Shown here: piece after piece, positions 8,946-20,123 of the stretch
Numbering within the stretch: position 1 is the first letter of the stretch
Layout: the number at the start of each line of letters is the position of its first letter
NCBI GenBank assembly: GCA_963675525.2
Contig: CAXXSL010000007.1
Span: 1 to 35,972, forward strand
Origin: Anaerohalosphaeraceae bacterium
GTDB lineage: Bacteria; Planctomycetota; Phycisphaerae; Sedimentisphaerales; Anaerohalosphaeraceae
DNA: 35,972 nt
Direction: 5' to 3'
Translations under genes and position numbers: made by a program
The notes under the pieces: model-generated
What the model saw: the letters and a program-made list of their open reading frames with translations, nothing else
Told to the model about the DNA's origin: nothing
Databases searched by the model: none

Positions 8946-9101
8946 CGGTTTTCTGGCAATCACCGAAAAACTCGTCTTACGGTATCCGATTTTTGTGTTG
9001 TTTTCCTGCACTTTTCGACTATTCTTTCTTGTAATCAGGCCTGTTTTCTGCCAAAATGTCTTGGTTTTTGTAACAGGCAATAAAGTTTTGGAGATAAGAC
9101 A

Positions 9102-9854
9102 ATGTCAAACAGCTTTGGGTCGTTCTGTGACGACCTGTTTATCGATATGAGTATCAGCACCCAACTGGAACTTCCCTCCAGCCGGGAGACGGTTTTGACG
9201 TTCTTTGAACGTCTGCAGAAACAGTTTCCGGACATGAACAGTTTTGCCCGCCGGGAAACCGGCGAATATGTTCTTGAACAGGAGCAGGAAGGTCAGCGCA
9301 AACGCTGGGTGGGGCTGGAACCGGACCGGATCGTTGCCGGCTGCGCCAATCCCGATGACATCGGGGAGGCCTACGAACTGCACGGTCAGGTTTTGGAGTT
9401 GATCCCGTATATGCTCGGCGTCAGTCCGCTGGATATCGATTCGATGGACATTACCTATACGATGGATTTTGATTATCAGGGCAACCATGATGAAGTGATC
9501 GCGGATGCATTGCTGGCCGGTTCCGGTTTCGCTTCCCTGTTTGATATTCCGGGGGCACGGCCTGTCAATTGCTGCCCGTCGGCGATCGTCACCCTTTCGG
9601 AAGACGGCCGGCTGCAGACACGCATCGGGGTCGAATCCCGCACGACGGCGCTTGATATTCGCGGTGAAAAATTTAAGACCGACGAGCCGATCAGTCTGTA
9701 TTTTACGGTGCGGCGATATCCCCAGCCCGGGCCGGATTTTAATACACTGGCGGCTTACCAGGAACAATGCCGCATCGCAGAAAATCTTATGTTTGAAAAG
9801 GTGATACCTAATTTCGTACAACCGTTAAATAGTGCGATCGCTCAACGACGTTAA
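9102..9854 (+). CDS. hypothetical protein
   Basis: 250-aa ORF with GGAG RBS, co-oriented with neighbours. Confidence 0.75.
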   Translation: MSNSFGSFCDDLFIDMSISTQLELPSSRETVLTFFERLQKQFPDMNSFARRETGEYVLEQEQEGQRKRWVGLEPDRIVAGCANPDDIGEAYELHGQVLELIPYMLGVSPLDIDSMDITYTMDFDYQGNHDEVIADALLAGSGFASLFDIPGARPVNCCPSAIVTLSEDGRLQTRIGVESRTTALDIRGEKFKTDEPISLYFTVRRYPQPGPDFNTLAAYQEQCRIAENLMFEKVIPNFVQPLNSAIAQRR

Positions 9855-9869
9855 TTCAATCAGGGAGGT

Positions 9870-10334
9870 ATGAAGTCTATGGCAATTGAAGCACCATTAA
9901 GCAGTTACAAAAAGAAAAACATGCTCATCATGATGGTGGTTTTAATTGGGCTGGGTCTTTGGTTCTATTATGATGCCCATCACAATGAGAAATTTATCGA
10001 AAAACACACCGTTGACGGAAAGGCGGACAGTACGCTCAACTTCAACCTGAAATCACCGCCCTATCTCATCGGAGCGGGTATTGTTTTGGGAATCTATTTT
10101 TTCATCGTCAAAGGAAAAAAGATCACGGCGGACGATGATGTTTTAAAAACAGGAAAAGAAACGATCGCTTATGACACAATTGAAAAGATCGATAAAACAC
10201 ATTTCGACAGCAAAGGGTATTTTATCATTACCTATGCTGACAGCGGCGGTCAAAGCAAAGATTTGAAGATCAGTGATCGGACGTATGACAACCTGGGTGC
10301 GGTGCTGGATCATGTCGTCGCTAAGATCAGCTAA
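9870..10334 (+). CDS. hypothetical membrane protein (2 TM plus soluble C-terminal domain)
   Basis: GGGAGG RBS; two hydrophobic segments; start could be 9879. Confidence 0.75.
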   Translation: MKSMAIEAPLSSYKKKNMLIMMVVLIGLGLWFYYDAHHNEKFIEKHTVDGKADSTLNFNLKSPPYLIGAGIVLGIYFFIVKGKKITADDDVLKTGKETIAYDTIEKIDKTHFDSKGYFIITYADSGGQSKDLKISDRTYDNLGAVLDHVVAKIS

Positions 10335-10427
10335 ATAGACCAATATCAAAAATCAAAAAGAAAATATCAAAATTCAGGTATCCGCCTGCGGTGGAATCTT
10401 CTTTTACCGGGAAACGAGAGAATACAA

Positions 10428-11705
10428 ATGAATTCATGTGTCGTCGGATTGCAATGGGGTGATGAAGGAAAGGGAAAAGTCGTTGATATTCTGGCTGAGA
10501 ACGCTGACATCGTTGTCCGCTATGGCGGCGGTGCCAATGCCGGGCACACCGTCATTACCGGGGGCACAAAGTTTGCGCTACACCTGATGCCATCCGGAGC
10601 GGTGCGTGAAAAAACCGCCTGCGTCATTGCCAACGGCGTTGTGGTGGACCCCGGCACACTCATCGAAGAAATCAACGGCCTGAAGGAAAAAGGCATTAGC
10701 ATTGAGGGACGGTTGTTTATCAGCGAAAACGCCCACATGGTCCTGGATTATCATAAGCTGGAAGACAAACTTCGTGAAGCTTCGCTGGGCGCCAATAAGA
10801 TCGGCACGACAGCCCGGGGTATCGGCCCGTGCTATGCGGATAAGATCGGCCGCAGTTATGCATTGCGGATGGCGGATTTGCGGAATCTTGACCGCTTGAA
10901 GGAAAAATTGCAGAATATCATTGCTTATAAAAATAAGCTGTTTGGTGCGTTGTATAATGCCGACCCAATCAGCATTGACGATATCTATGCCCAGTGCTGC
11001 ACGCACAGTAAAATTTTGAAATCATTTATTTGTAACACAACACAATACCTGCACGAATCCATCGATGCAGGCAAGACTATTCTTTTTGAAGGTGCTCAGG
11101 GCGCTCTGCTGGACCTTGACCACGGGACTTTCCCGTTTGTCACCAGTTCCAACGCCAGTGCACTGGGGCTTGGGCCCGGTTGCGGCGTACCCTCCAAGCA
11201 TGTCCAGCGTTCGGTCGGTGTGGTTAAGGCCTATGCCACCCGCGTCGGTGAAGGGCCTTTTCCCAGCGAACAGGATAACGAAACGGGTAATCTCATTCGT
11301 GAACGAGGTCATGAATACGGCACGACCACCGGTCGGCCGCGGCGTTGCGGCTGGTTTGACGCCGTTACCGTTTCCTACACCGCCCGGTTGGGCGGCATTA
11401 CGGAAATCGCCATGATGCACCTGGATACGCTGGCGGGAATGAAGCAGTTGAATATCTGCAAGGCTTATCGCATCAAGGGCCAGGAAACAACGTTCTTTCC
11501 CGGCGATGCGGATGATTTGGCAAATGCCGAATGCGTTTATGAAATGCTTCCCGGGTGGGACGAGGATTTATCAGAAATCCAAAATTATGATGATCTGCCG
11601 GAGAATACGAAAAAATATATTGCTACGGTCGAAAAAATCGTGGGCGTACCTGTCAGTATTGTCGGCGTCGGTCCCAAACGCAGCCAGGCGATATTTAGAA
11701 GTTAA
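10428..11705 (+). CDS. purA: adenylosuccinate synthetase
   Basis: GLQWGDEGKGK, GGANAGHT, GIGPCYADK, EGAQG and EYGTTTGRPRRCGWFD motifs. Confidence 0.98.
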   Translation: MNSCVVGLQWGDEGKGKVVDILAENADIVVRYGGGANAGHTVITGGTKFALHLMPSGAVREKTACVIANGVVVDPGTLIEEINGLKEKGISIEGRLFISENAHMVLDYHKLEDKLREASLGANKIGTTARGIGPCYADKIGRSYALRMADLRNLDRLKEKLQNIIAYKNKLFGALYNADPISIDDIYAQCCTHSKILKSFICNTTQYLHESIDAGKTILFEGAQGALLDLDHGTFPFVTSSNASALGLGPGCGVPSKHVQRSVGVVKAYATRVGEGPFPSEQDNETGNLIRERGHEYGTTTGRPRRCGWFDAVTVSYTARLGGITEIAMMHLDTLAGMKQLNICKAYRIKGQETTFFPGDADDLANAECVYEMLPGWDEDLSEIQNYDDLPENTKKYIATVEKIVGVPVSIVGVGPKRSQAIFRS

Positions 11706-11740
11706 AAATTAAACTGTCTAATAAAACAAAGTTTGAAATC

Positions 11741-11770
11741 GCTGGATTCCCGCCTTCGCGGGAATGACAA
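11741..11770. repeat. REP-like palindrome CTGGATTCCCGCCTTCGCGGGAATGAC
   Basis: ATTCCCGC/GCGGGAAT stem; reverse complement of the units at 1138-1186. Confidence 0.85.
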
Positions 11771-11832
11771 GTCGTATCTGACACTTGGCTAAAGTATTAC
11801 ACAATCTGTACTGTGGATTAAAAAAGGTAGAT

Positions 11833-12618
11833 ATGGATACGCGTTCATTTGAGGAAAAGCGGATAGATACCGGTAAACGGCTGGGCATCTGCCCGGAGTC
11901 TATTCCGCGGCATATCGCCGTGATTATGGACGGCAACGGGCGATGGGCCACCGAACGCGGACTGCCCCGCTTCCAGGGACATGAACAAGGCGGCAAAGTC
12001 GTTGAGTCAACCGCACTGCATTGCGTGGCCTGTGGGATTGAATATCTGACGCTGTATTCATTTAGTATGCAAAACTGGAAACGGCCCAAAGAAGAAATTG
12101 ACTTCCTGATGTATCTGTACGCTCTGTATTTAGAAAATATGCGTCCGCTTCTGATGGACAACAATATTCAATTGAAGCATGTGGGGCGGCGTGACCCCCT
12201 GCCGGAAAGCCTTCTGGAAACCATGGACGAAACGATTCGGCTGACCAGCACAAATACCGGGATGGTGCTGGGACTGGCATTGAACTACGCCTCGCGGACG
12301 GAGATCGTGGACGCGGCCAGAGCCTTGGCACAGAAAGTCAAAGAGGGGAAAATGAATCCCGAAGACATTGACGAAGAATCCTTCAGCGACCACTTGTACA
12401 CCGCCGGCTGGCATGACCCGGACCTGCTGGTTCGCACCAGCGGCGAAATGCGTATCAGCAATTATCTGCTGTGGCAAATCTCCTATGCTGAATTTATCGT
12501 GACCGATTTTTACTGGCCGGACCTGACAGCGGAACATGTGGACGAGGCACTGGTTCAATTCGCCGGACGTCAGCGACGGTTTGGTGACGTAAAACCCAAA
12601 ATACCAACTCAGGGATGA
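11833..12618 (+). CDS. uppS: undecaprenyl diphosphate synthase (cis-prenyltransferase)
   Basis: PRHIAVIMDGNGRWA, YSFSMQNWKRP and RTSGEMRISNYLLWQ motifs; ATG 11833 after AAAGG. Confidence 0.96.
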   Translation: MDTRSFEEKRIDTGKRLGICPESIPRHIAVIMDGNGRWATERGLPRFQGHEQGGKVVESTALHCVACGIEYLTLYSFSMQNWKRPKEEIDFLMYLYALYLENMRPLLMDNNIQLKHVGRRDPLPESLLETMDETIRLTSTNTGMVLGLALNYASRTEIVDAARALAQKVKEGKMNPEDIDEESFSDHLYTAGWHDPDLLVRTSGEMRISNYLLWQISYAEFIVTDFYWPDLTAEHVDEALVQFAGRQRRFGDVKPKIPTQG

Positions 12619-12628
12619 GATTGTAACC

Positions 12629-13492
12629 ATGCTGAAATATCGTCTGCTTTTTGGGACACTGATGATCGCTGTTTTTCTGGGCCTGATCCTGCTGGATGGG
12701 CACCTGGATGGGTCGTTGTCAAAAACGACGAGCAATAAACCGGTTCAGGCAATGCTGTTCACCATCCTGATCGCCCTGCTGACCATCCCGGCTCAGTTTG
12801 AAATCGGCAACCTTGTCCGTCAGACCGGTGGACATCTTTTTAAAGGCATTACGATTCCGGCATCAATCCTGCTTTCAACGGCCTTTTTCTGGGCATCATT
12901 AACGACGAACATGCATCAATTTCTTATGGAGTACCTTTTATATGTCCCGGCTTTTTCGTTTCTGGCATTATTCATTGCCCAAGCGGTTAAATTCGGAACC
13001 GAGGGCACCATTCGTAATGTTTCGGCGAGTTTTTTTTCGATCATCTATTTAGGCTTTTTATGTGCCTTTATTTTAGGCATTCGCATCCTGTGGGGACCAT
13101 GGACCCTGCTTTTTTTCATATTTACCATAAAGTCTTCTGACATAGGGGCTTACACACTTGGTCGGTTGTTCGGGAAGCATAAAATGGCCCCCCGTATCAG
13201 CCCGGGCAAAACCTGGGAGGGATTGGGCGGAGCGATTCTGTTCGCCGTGGCGGTATCGTTTGGCTTTTCTCACTTTTCTGGTATAATGTTTCCGCAGGCA
13301 CTGGCCTTTGGTGCCGTTTTCGGCGTTCTGGGCCAACTGGGCGACTTGGTTGAATCAATGATCAAGCGGGATGCCGCTTCCAAAGATTCGTCTTCGAGCA
13401 TTCCGGGATTCGGCGGGATTCTGGACGTAATTGATTCGCCCTTAGCAACCGCGCCGGCAGCGTTTGCGTTTTTCTATTTTGTTATGTCGTAA
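12629..13492 (+). CDS. cdsA: phosphatidate cytidylyltransferase
   Basis: DIGAY, ISPGKTWEG, GDLVESMIKR and KDSSSSIPGFGGILD motifs; follows uppS. Confidence 0.95.
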   Translation: MLKYRLLFGTLMIAVFLGLILLDGHLDGSLSKTTSNKPVQAMLFTILIALLTIPAQFEIGNLVRQTGGHLFKGITIPASILLSTAFFWASLTTNMHQFLMEYLLYVPAFSFLALFIAQAVKFGTEGTIRNVSASFFSIIYLGFLCAFILGIRILWGPWTLLFFIFTIKSSDIGAYTLGRLFGKHKMAPRISPGKTWEGLGGAILFAVAVSFGFSHFSGIMFPQALAFGAVFGVLGQLGDLVESMIKRDAASKDSSSSIPGFGGILDVIDSPLATAPAAFAFFYFVMS

Positions 13493-13501
13493 GGAACAAT
13501 C

Positions 13502-14449
13502 TTGGAGATCAAGATACAACTGGAATCTGATGCTCAGCGGCTGGAACTTTTCGGCCCTGCCGATACGCATCTGCGGTTGCTGTGTGAGACGATGGAAGTC
13601 AAGATCAGCGCACGCAACGGGACGGTTCTGGTCTCCGGCGAATCGGACCCCGTTCGCAGAGCCACCGAAATCATAGACCGTATGCAGCATCGTTTGATCC
13701 AGCGAGGCCGACTCATCAAGGCGGATGTCGAAGAAATCATCGCCCAAACAACAAACGCCGTTACCCCGGGCCGGGCCAACGTTATTGAGGTCTTTGCCCG
13801 GAAAGGCGTCATTGAGCCGTTCACGAAGGGGCAGCTTCACTACATTGAAACCATGCGGAAGAACGATCTGACCTTCTGCATCGGACCTGCAGGAACCGGC
13901 AAAACCTATTTAGCCGTTGCCGTTGCGGTATCAATGCTGAAGAAAAAACAGATCCGCAAGATCGTCCTGGCCCGCCCCGCCGTTGAAGCCGGCGAACGAT
14001 TGGGCTTTCTGCCGGGCGATTTGCAGGCCAAGGTCAACCCTTACCTGCGGCCGCTGTTCGACAGTCTGGAAGATATGATGGAATTTAGCCAGATGAGCAA
14101 ATTCATGGAAATGGACGTTATCGAGGTCATCCCGCTGGCGTTTATGCGAGGACGGACGTTGAACGAAGCTGTGGTCATCTGCGATGAGGCCCAAAACACA
14201 TCCCGGTCCCAGATGCTGATGTTCCTGACCCGGTTGGGACGCGGATCCAAAATGATCATCACCGGTGACGTGACACAAACCGACCTTGAACCGGGCCAGC
14301 AAAGCGGCCTGGTCGAGGCAATTGACATCCTGAAAAATATCCGTAACATTGGTTTGGTTAAACTGGATAAACTGGATATCGTTCGGCACAGCCTGGTCCA
14401 TCAGATCGTTCAGGCCTACGACGACAAAAAACAGAAGGAAAACCATTAA
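13502..14449 (+). CDS. phoH: PhoH-family ATPase (YbeZ-like)
   Basis: GPAGTGKT, RPAVEAGERLGFLPGD, MRGRTL, DEAQN and GDVTQTD motifs. Confidence 0.95.
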   Translation: MEIKIQLESDAQRLELFGPADTHLRLLCETMEVKISARNGTVLVSGESDPVRRATEIIDRMQHRLIQRGRLIKADVEEIIAQTTNAVTPGRANVIEVFARKGVIEPFTKGQLHYIETMRKNDLTFCIGPAGTGKTYLAVAVAVSMLKKKQIRKIVLARPAVEAGERLGFLPGDLQAKVNPYLRPLFDSLEDMMEFSQMSKFMEMDVIEVIPLAFMRGRTLNEAVVICDEAQNTSRSQMLMFLTRLGRGSKMIITGDVTQTDLEPGQQSGLVEAIDILKNIRNIGLVKLDKLDIVRHSLVHQIVQAYDDKKQKENH

Positions 14450-14455
14450 AGCCTT

Positions 14456-16054
14456 ATGGCCATCATCAAGAAAAAAAAGAAAGTCAGTACCCGCCGACAG
14501 CTCGTGCGTAATAATATCGCAACCGAGCGGTTCGGCAGGATCGCATCGGCAATTAACAGTCCGTACCCTATGGCGATATTGATCCTGATTCTATTTATCG
14601 CAGCGGTCATGGTCCTGCTCGGACTGGATACGTCCAATCCCGATTTTTATGCTCCCGGCGCCCGGCACTTCAAAGCATGGCCTCAACTGGTCTCTCTGGC
14701 GGTTGTGGTCAGCCTTATCAGCGGCGGCGCGGCACTGTATATCTTTCACTATCAATCAATAATCATATCAAAACCAACACGGATAATCGCCCTGGCGGTA
14801 TTGCTCTGGATATTGCTGGCCGTCACCCGTGTTTTTTCCATGGTCCCCAGCTCCGTTTGGAGTTATTTCGTGGTGGGAACAGCCGTCGCCTGCGCCATTG
14901 TGCTGACCATCGCCTATGATCAGCGGTTCGCCATCGGCATCACAACGTTCTATACGGTGCTGGCCTGTTTTGCGATCAGCAGCATTGCAACGGTCGAATT
15001 ATGGCTGACCATGATGACGGGAGTGATCAGTTGTTGTTTCAGCCTGCATGAAATCCGAACACGCAAAAAACTGATCGAAGTGTCCTTGCTGGCAACCGTT
15101 GTCATCTTTATCATGGTTGCAGCCTTAGAAATTATTCAGGGTATTGCCTATAATGAGTATCTGATCCATGCGATGGCAGCGGCGGGGTCGGCATTTGTGG
15201 TGGGCATCTTTATCCAGGCTTTTCTGCCGATCATCGAGCAGGCCTTCGGTATTGCCACCAGCATGACGCTGATGGATTACAGTGACGCCAACCAGCCGCT
15301 CCTGAAAAAGCTGGCGATGGACGCTCCGGGAACCTTCAGCCACAGTCTGCTGATCGGATCGATCGCCGAAGCCGCCGCCGAAGCCATTGGCGCCAATGGG
15401 CTGCTGTGCCGGGTCGGAGCTTATTACCACGATATTGGAAAAATTAATAAGGCCGCTTATTTTGTCGAAAATCAGATGGGCTCGGCCAGTCGTCACGACC
15501 AACTGTCTCCGGCAATGAGCCAGTTGGTGATCGTGGGCCATGTCAAAGACGGCATTGAGATCGCCAAGGAATTCGGGTTGCCGGCGGTATTGCGCCAATT
15601 CATCGAAACCCATCACGGCACAACCCTGATGGAATACTTTTACCATGAAGCCCGCAAAAAACAGGACGACAAACAAAGTACCGTTTCCGAATCGGAATTT
15701 CGCTATCCCGGCCCCAAGCCCAAATCCAGGGAAGCAGCGATCGTCATGCTGGCGGATGCCGTCGAAAGTGCGGCACGCTCCTTAACCGATCATACACCCG
15801 CAAAAGTGGAAAGCCTGGTTCATACGATTGCCATGAAACGGCTTCAGGACGGCCAGTTTGATGAATGTGACCTGACGCTTCGTGAGTTGAGCCGGATCGA
15901 GATGGGGTTGTCCAAGTCGCTGGCGGCACATCATCACGGACGAATCGCTTACCCGAAAGTCGGTGAACCACCGAAACCTACTGAAATCGCGCCGTCTGAA
16001 AATAATCCCGAATCCGAATCCGAAAAATCCCAAGCAGAAAAAACCAATCTCTGA
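14456..16054 (+). CDS. 7TM-HD phosphohydrolase (PgpH-like, c-di-AMP phosphodiesterase family), without a large extracellular domain
   Basis: Multiple TM helices followed by APGTFSHS, YYHDIGK, HHGT, FRYPGPKP and MLADAVE; lies between phoH and ybeY. Confidence 0.85.
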   Translation: MAIIKKKKKVSTRRQLVRNNIATERFGRIASAINSPYPMAILILILFIAAVMVLLGLDTSNPDFYAPGARHFKAWPQLVSLAVVVSLISGGAALYIFHYQSIIISKPTRIIALAVLLWILLAVTRVFSMVPSSVWSYFVVGTAVACAIVLTIAYDQRFAIGITTFYTVLACFAISSIATVELWLTMMTGVISCCFSLHEIRTRKKLIEVSLLATVVIFIMVAALEIIQGIAYNEYLIHAMAAAGSAFVVGIFIQAFLPIIEQAFGIATSMTLMDYSDANQPLLKKLAMDAPGTFSHSLLIGSIAEAAAEAIGANGLLCRVGAYYHDIGKINKAAYFVENQMGSASRHDQLSPAMSQLVIVGHVKDGIEIAKEFGLPAVLRQFIETHHGTTLMEYFYHEARKKQDDKQSTVSESEFRYPGPKPKSREAAIVMLADAVESAARSLTDHTPAKVESLVHTIAMKRLQDGQFDECDLTLRELSRIEMGLSKSLAAHHHGRIAYPKVGEPPKPTEIAPSENNPESESEKSQAEKTNL

Positions 16055-16055
16055 C

Positions 16056-16529
16056 ATGAGCTCATCCGATCCTATCTGTGTACACATTGACTGTCAGCCG
16101 GACACGATTGAGGTTGACCTGAAACGGCTTGAAATCCTCGCTCACGCGATTTGCGAACAGCTTGAAATATTTGACGTCAATGTCCAGATCAGCATTGTCG
16201 ATGACGCTGCGATGATCGAGGTTCATCGTCAATTTCTCGACAACAACCATACCACCGACGTCATCAGTTTTGACTTGAGCGATGAGTTCGAACCCGGCCG
16301 GAACTTCCAGATCGTTGTGAATGCGGATATGGCGCGGCGGCAGGCGGCAACACGCGGACACCCCATCGAATCGGAACTAGCGCTTTACATCACCCATGGA
16401 ATGCTGCATAATACAGGATATGATGATGCCGATGATGAACAATCACGCCGGATGCATCAAAAAGAAGATGAAATTTTGCAAGCCCATGGGTTTGGCATAA
16501 CCTATCATAATAATGAAACTCAGGATTGA
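16056..16529 (+). CDS. ybeY: rRNA maturation endoribonuclease YbeY
   Basis: TDVISF and HGMLHNTGYDD motifs; conserved gene context. Confidence 0.9.
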   Translation: MSSSDPICVHIDCQPDTIEVDLKRLEILAHAICEQLEIFDVNVQISIVDDAAMIEVHRQFLDNNHTTDVISFDLSDEFEPGRNFQIVVNADMARRQAATRGHPIESELALYITHGMLHNTGYDDADDEQSRRMHQKEDEILQAHGFGITYHNNETQD

Positions 16530-16543
16530 AAGGAATAAATCAC

Positions 16544-17806
16544 GTGGATGACGTTGGCTGGTCGATCGTTCTGCTTTGTGTTCTTACACCCGTCTCATTA
16601 TTCTTCACACTCAACGGTCTGGCTCTGCGCTCGTTTTCCCGCCTGAAACTGCAGGATGCGTTCCGTGCGGCCGGCCGCGAAAACATGATGGACGATTTTC
16701 TCGAACATGCCGAGAGACTGACCCTGACCTGCGGATTTTTCCGCATCATTCTGAACACCGTCATTATTTTCGTTCTGTTTATTCTGCTCCAGGGAAAGCA
16801 TTATATCCTGACATTTATAGTCACCATTGTGTTTATTGAGCTGTGTACCCTGCTGATCCCTCATGCATGGGCCAAACATGCCGGCGAATACATTCTGCCG
16901 CGAACATACCCGGCCCTGAAAATCTGCATGACCATCGTCAAGCCAATCCTGATCGCGTTCGCCCTGCATGACCGATTTGTCAAACGTCTGGCCGGTGTTC
17001 CGGAAACAAACCCTGAGCAGGCACAGGAAGAGCGTCAGGAAGAGATCTTGAATCTGGTGGAACAAGGACGGATCGAAGGCATTGTGGACAAGGAAGAACT
17101 GGAGATGATCGAAAGTGTCCTTGAACTGGACGAAACGGTCGCCGAAGAGATCATGACCCCACGGACGGACCTGATTGCTATCGAGGCCAACGACGACCTG
17201 CCCACCATCCTCGAAACGATCTGCGACAAGGGGCATTCCCGCATTCCGGTTTACGAAGAGAACATCGACAACATCATCGGCCTGATCTATGCCAAGGACC
17301 TGCTGACCGAGATCGGCAAAGACCCGGCGACCTTCAAGCTCAAAGATAAAATCCGGGAGGCTTATTTTGTTCCGGAAAGTAAACCCCTGCGCGACCTGCT
17401 GCACGAGTTCCAGGATCAAAAACTGCATATCGCCATCGTTCTGGATGAGTACGGCGGCACAGCAGGAATTGTCACGATCGAAGATATTCTTGAGGAGCTG
17501 GTAGGCGAGATCACCGATGAATATGAAAAAACACCGTCCGAATCCTACAAGAAGATCGATGAGAATACATTTGACGTTGACGCCCGCATGTATATCGACG
17601 ATGTCAATTATGAACTGGACATCAAACTGCCGGAAGAAGAGGATTACGATACCATCGGCGGATTTGTTTTTTCGCACCTGGGCTACATCCCGAAAGTCGG
17701 CGAACATTTTGAGTACGGCGGCCTGACAATTACCATCACGGTTGCCGGGCCGCGCGTCGTCAACGAGCTGCGTATCAAAAAGAAACCGCCGGAAACTAAA
17801 GAGTAG
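16544..17806 (+). CDS. CNNM/hemolysin-family (TlyC/CorC-like) protein with CBS pair and CorC domain
   Basis: N-terminal TM region, EIMTPRTD, HSRIPVY, DEYGGTAGIVTIEDILEELVGEI and YDTIGG; GTG start chosen from the RBS. Confidence 0.92.
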   Translation: MDDVGWSIVLLCVLTPVSLFFTLNGLALRSFSRLKLQDAFRAAGRENMMDDFLEHAERLTLTCGFFRIILNTVIIFVLFILLQGKHYILTFIVTIVFIELCTLLIPHAWAKHAGEYILPRTYPALKICMTIVKPILIAFALHDRFVKRLAGVPETNPEQAQEERQEEILNLVEQGRIEGIVDKEELEMIESVLELDETVAEEIMTPRTDLIAIEANDDLPTILETICDKGHSRIPVYEENIDNIIGLIYAKDLLTEIGKDPATFKLKDKIREAYFVPESKPLRDLLHEFQDQKLHIAIVLDEYGGTAGIVTIEDILEELVGEITDEYEKTPSESYKKIDENTFDVDARMYIDDVNYELDIKLPEEEDYDTIGGFVFSHLGYIPKVGEHFEYGGLTITITVAGPRVVNELRIKKKPPETKE

Positions 17807-17808
17807 CC

Positions 17809-18543
17809 ATGCAGACCAAGGACCTTGCCATCTGTTTGCGTGCCGTGAATTATTCCGAAACCAGCCAGGTGGTGACCCTGCTGACGCGGGAGCGGGGCAA
17901 GGTCGCAGCCATGGCCAAAGGCTCACGGAGACCCAAATCGTCTTTCGACGGCGCCATCGAGATGTTTTCTTTCGGGCACATCGTGTTCACCATTAAAGAT
18001 TCCGGCGGCCAACTGGCCACGCTGACGGATTTCCAGCAGCAGCCGGTGTTTCGCAGACTGCATGCGAATCTGAAAGCGATGAATACCGCCTTATTCGCGG
18101 CCGAACTGACCGAAGCCTTTCTCGATGACCACGACCCGCACCCGCCGTTGTTTGATAAACTCATTAAGTTTCTGGAAACATTGCAGGATGCTAAAGATGA
18201 GCCGGCGATGTTAGCGTGGCTGATTTTGTATCAACTGCGTCTGCTGGAAGAGACGGGGCAGGCACCGCTGCTGGATGGCTGCACGAACTGCTCAGCCGAT
18301 TATTCACCCGACTGGAAACAGGCGTGGTTCACCAGCCATGCCAACGGCCTGCTGTGTGCCGGCTGCGAAGCGGCTTTTGTGGAAAAAAGAAAGATCGAAG
18401 CCGCATCCGTCAATGCCCTTCGGAATCCGCAAAAACTCCCGAAAACTCCGCAAGACCAATTACACCAAATCGAACAACTGCTCATTTACCACTTTACGGA
18501 ATTGCTGGGTAAGCCCCCTAAGATGGCAAAATATTTTTCATAA
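17809..18543 (+). CDS. recO: DNA repair protein RecO
   Basis: YSETSQVVTLLTRERGKV...AKGSRR OB-fold start; CxxC...CxxC zinc finger. Confidence 0.92.
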   Translation: MQTKDLAICLRAVNYSETSQVVTLLTRERGKVAAMAKGSRRPKSSFDGAIEMFSFGHIVFTIKDSGGQLATLTDFQQQPVFRRLHANLKAMNTALFAAELTEAFLDDHDPHPPLFDKLIKFLETLQDAKDEPAMLAWLILYQLRLLEETGQAPLLDGCTNCSADYSPDWKQAWFTSHANGLLCAGCEAAFVEKRKIEAASVNALRNPQKLPKTPQDQLHQIEQLLIYHFTELLGKPPKMAKYFS

Positions 18544-18567
18544 AGCAATTTTATGGTAACGGGTGAC

Positions 18568-18944
18568 GGGTGGCACCTTCAAGCGAAGCTTGCGGTGCAT
18601 TGAGACTCATTAACACTTTCATGACTAATGTCTTGGGAAATATCGCAAATCAAGCCACCTGAACTGGAAACAACAAAAGATGAATATGTTCCGGCATAAT
18701 GACATAAGCCCTAACATGAAATTCGTGTTTTTACCTGAGCTTTTTGGACTGCTTCGGCAAAATAATTGCAGAATAATGTATTTTTGAATAATGGCTGCCC
18801 ATGATAGCAACTGAAAGTCAACTCATGCGCATGATTGGAGATACTATAGCGTTTACATCTCTTTTCTATTCTATCCTTTTATTTTAGCCCCATCAATTAC
18901 AACTCCTTCAGCACCCACAAGCCTGCGGCTTGAAGGTGCCACCC
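18568..18944. repeat. inverted pair of GGTG-type REP-like sequences
   Basis: GGGTGGCACCTTCAAGC (18568-18584) is the exact reverse complement of 18928-18944; each continues into a small hairpin. Confidence 0.85.
18650..18893 (-). pseudogene. truncated REP-associated tyrosine (Y1/HUH) transposase, RAYT-like
   Basis: Manual translation: KRCKRYSISNHAHELTFSCYHGQPLF...[frameshift ~18730]...KHEFHVRAYVIMPEHIHLLLFP. HUH motif at 18680-18688; C-terminal half absent. Confidence 0.8.
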
Positions 18945-18955
18945 AATCACTTTTA

Positions 18956-20025
<1,070 letters not shown>

Positions 20026-20123
20026 TCTGTGGCCCTTTCATGAAAATAAGGTTATTTGACGGCTATTTTGTCACAGGCGGCTTGTGCTGTCAACCTAAAA
20101 AACGCAAAGCCGTGCACGCTGAA

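Noticed and set aside
16598..17926. 442-aa antisense ORF and similar long shadow ORFs
   Set aside because: They lie opposite well-supported genes and are expected from GC3-biased codon usage.
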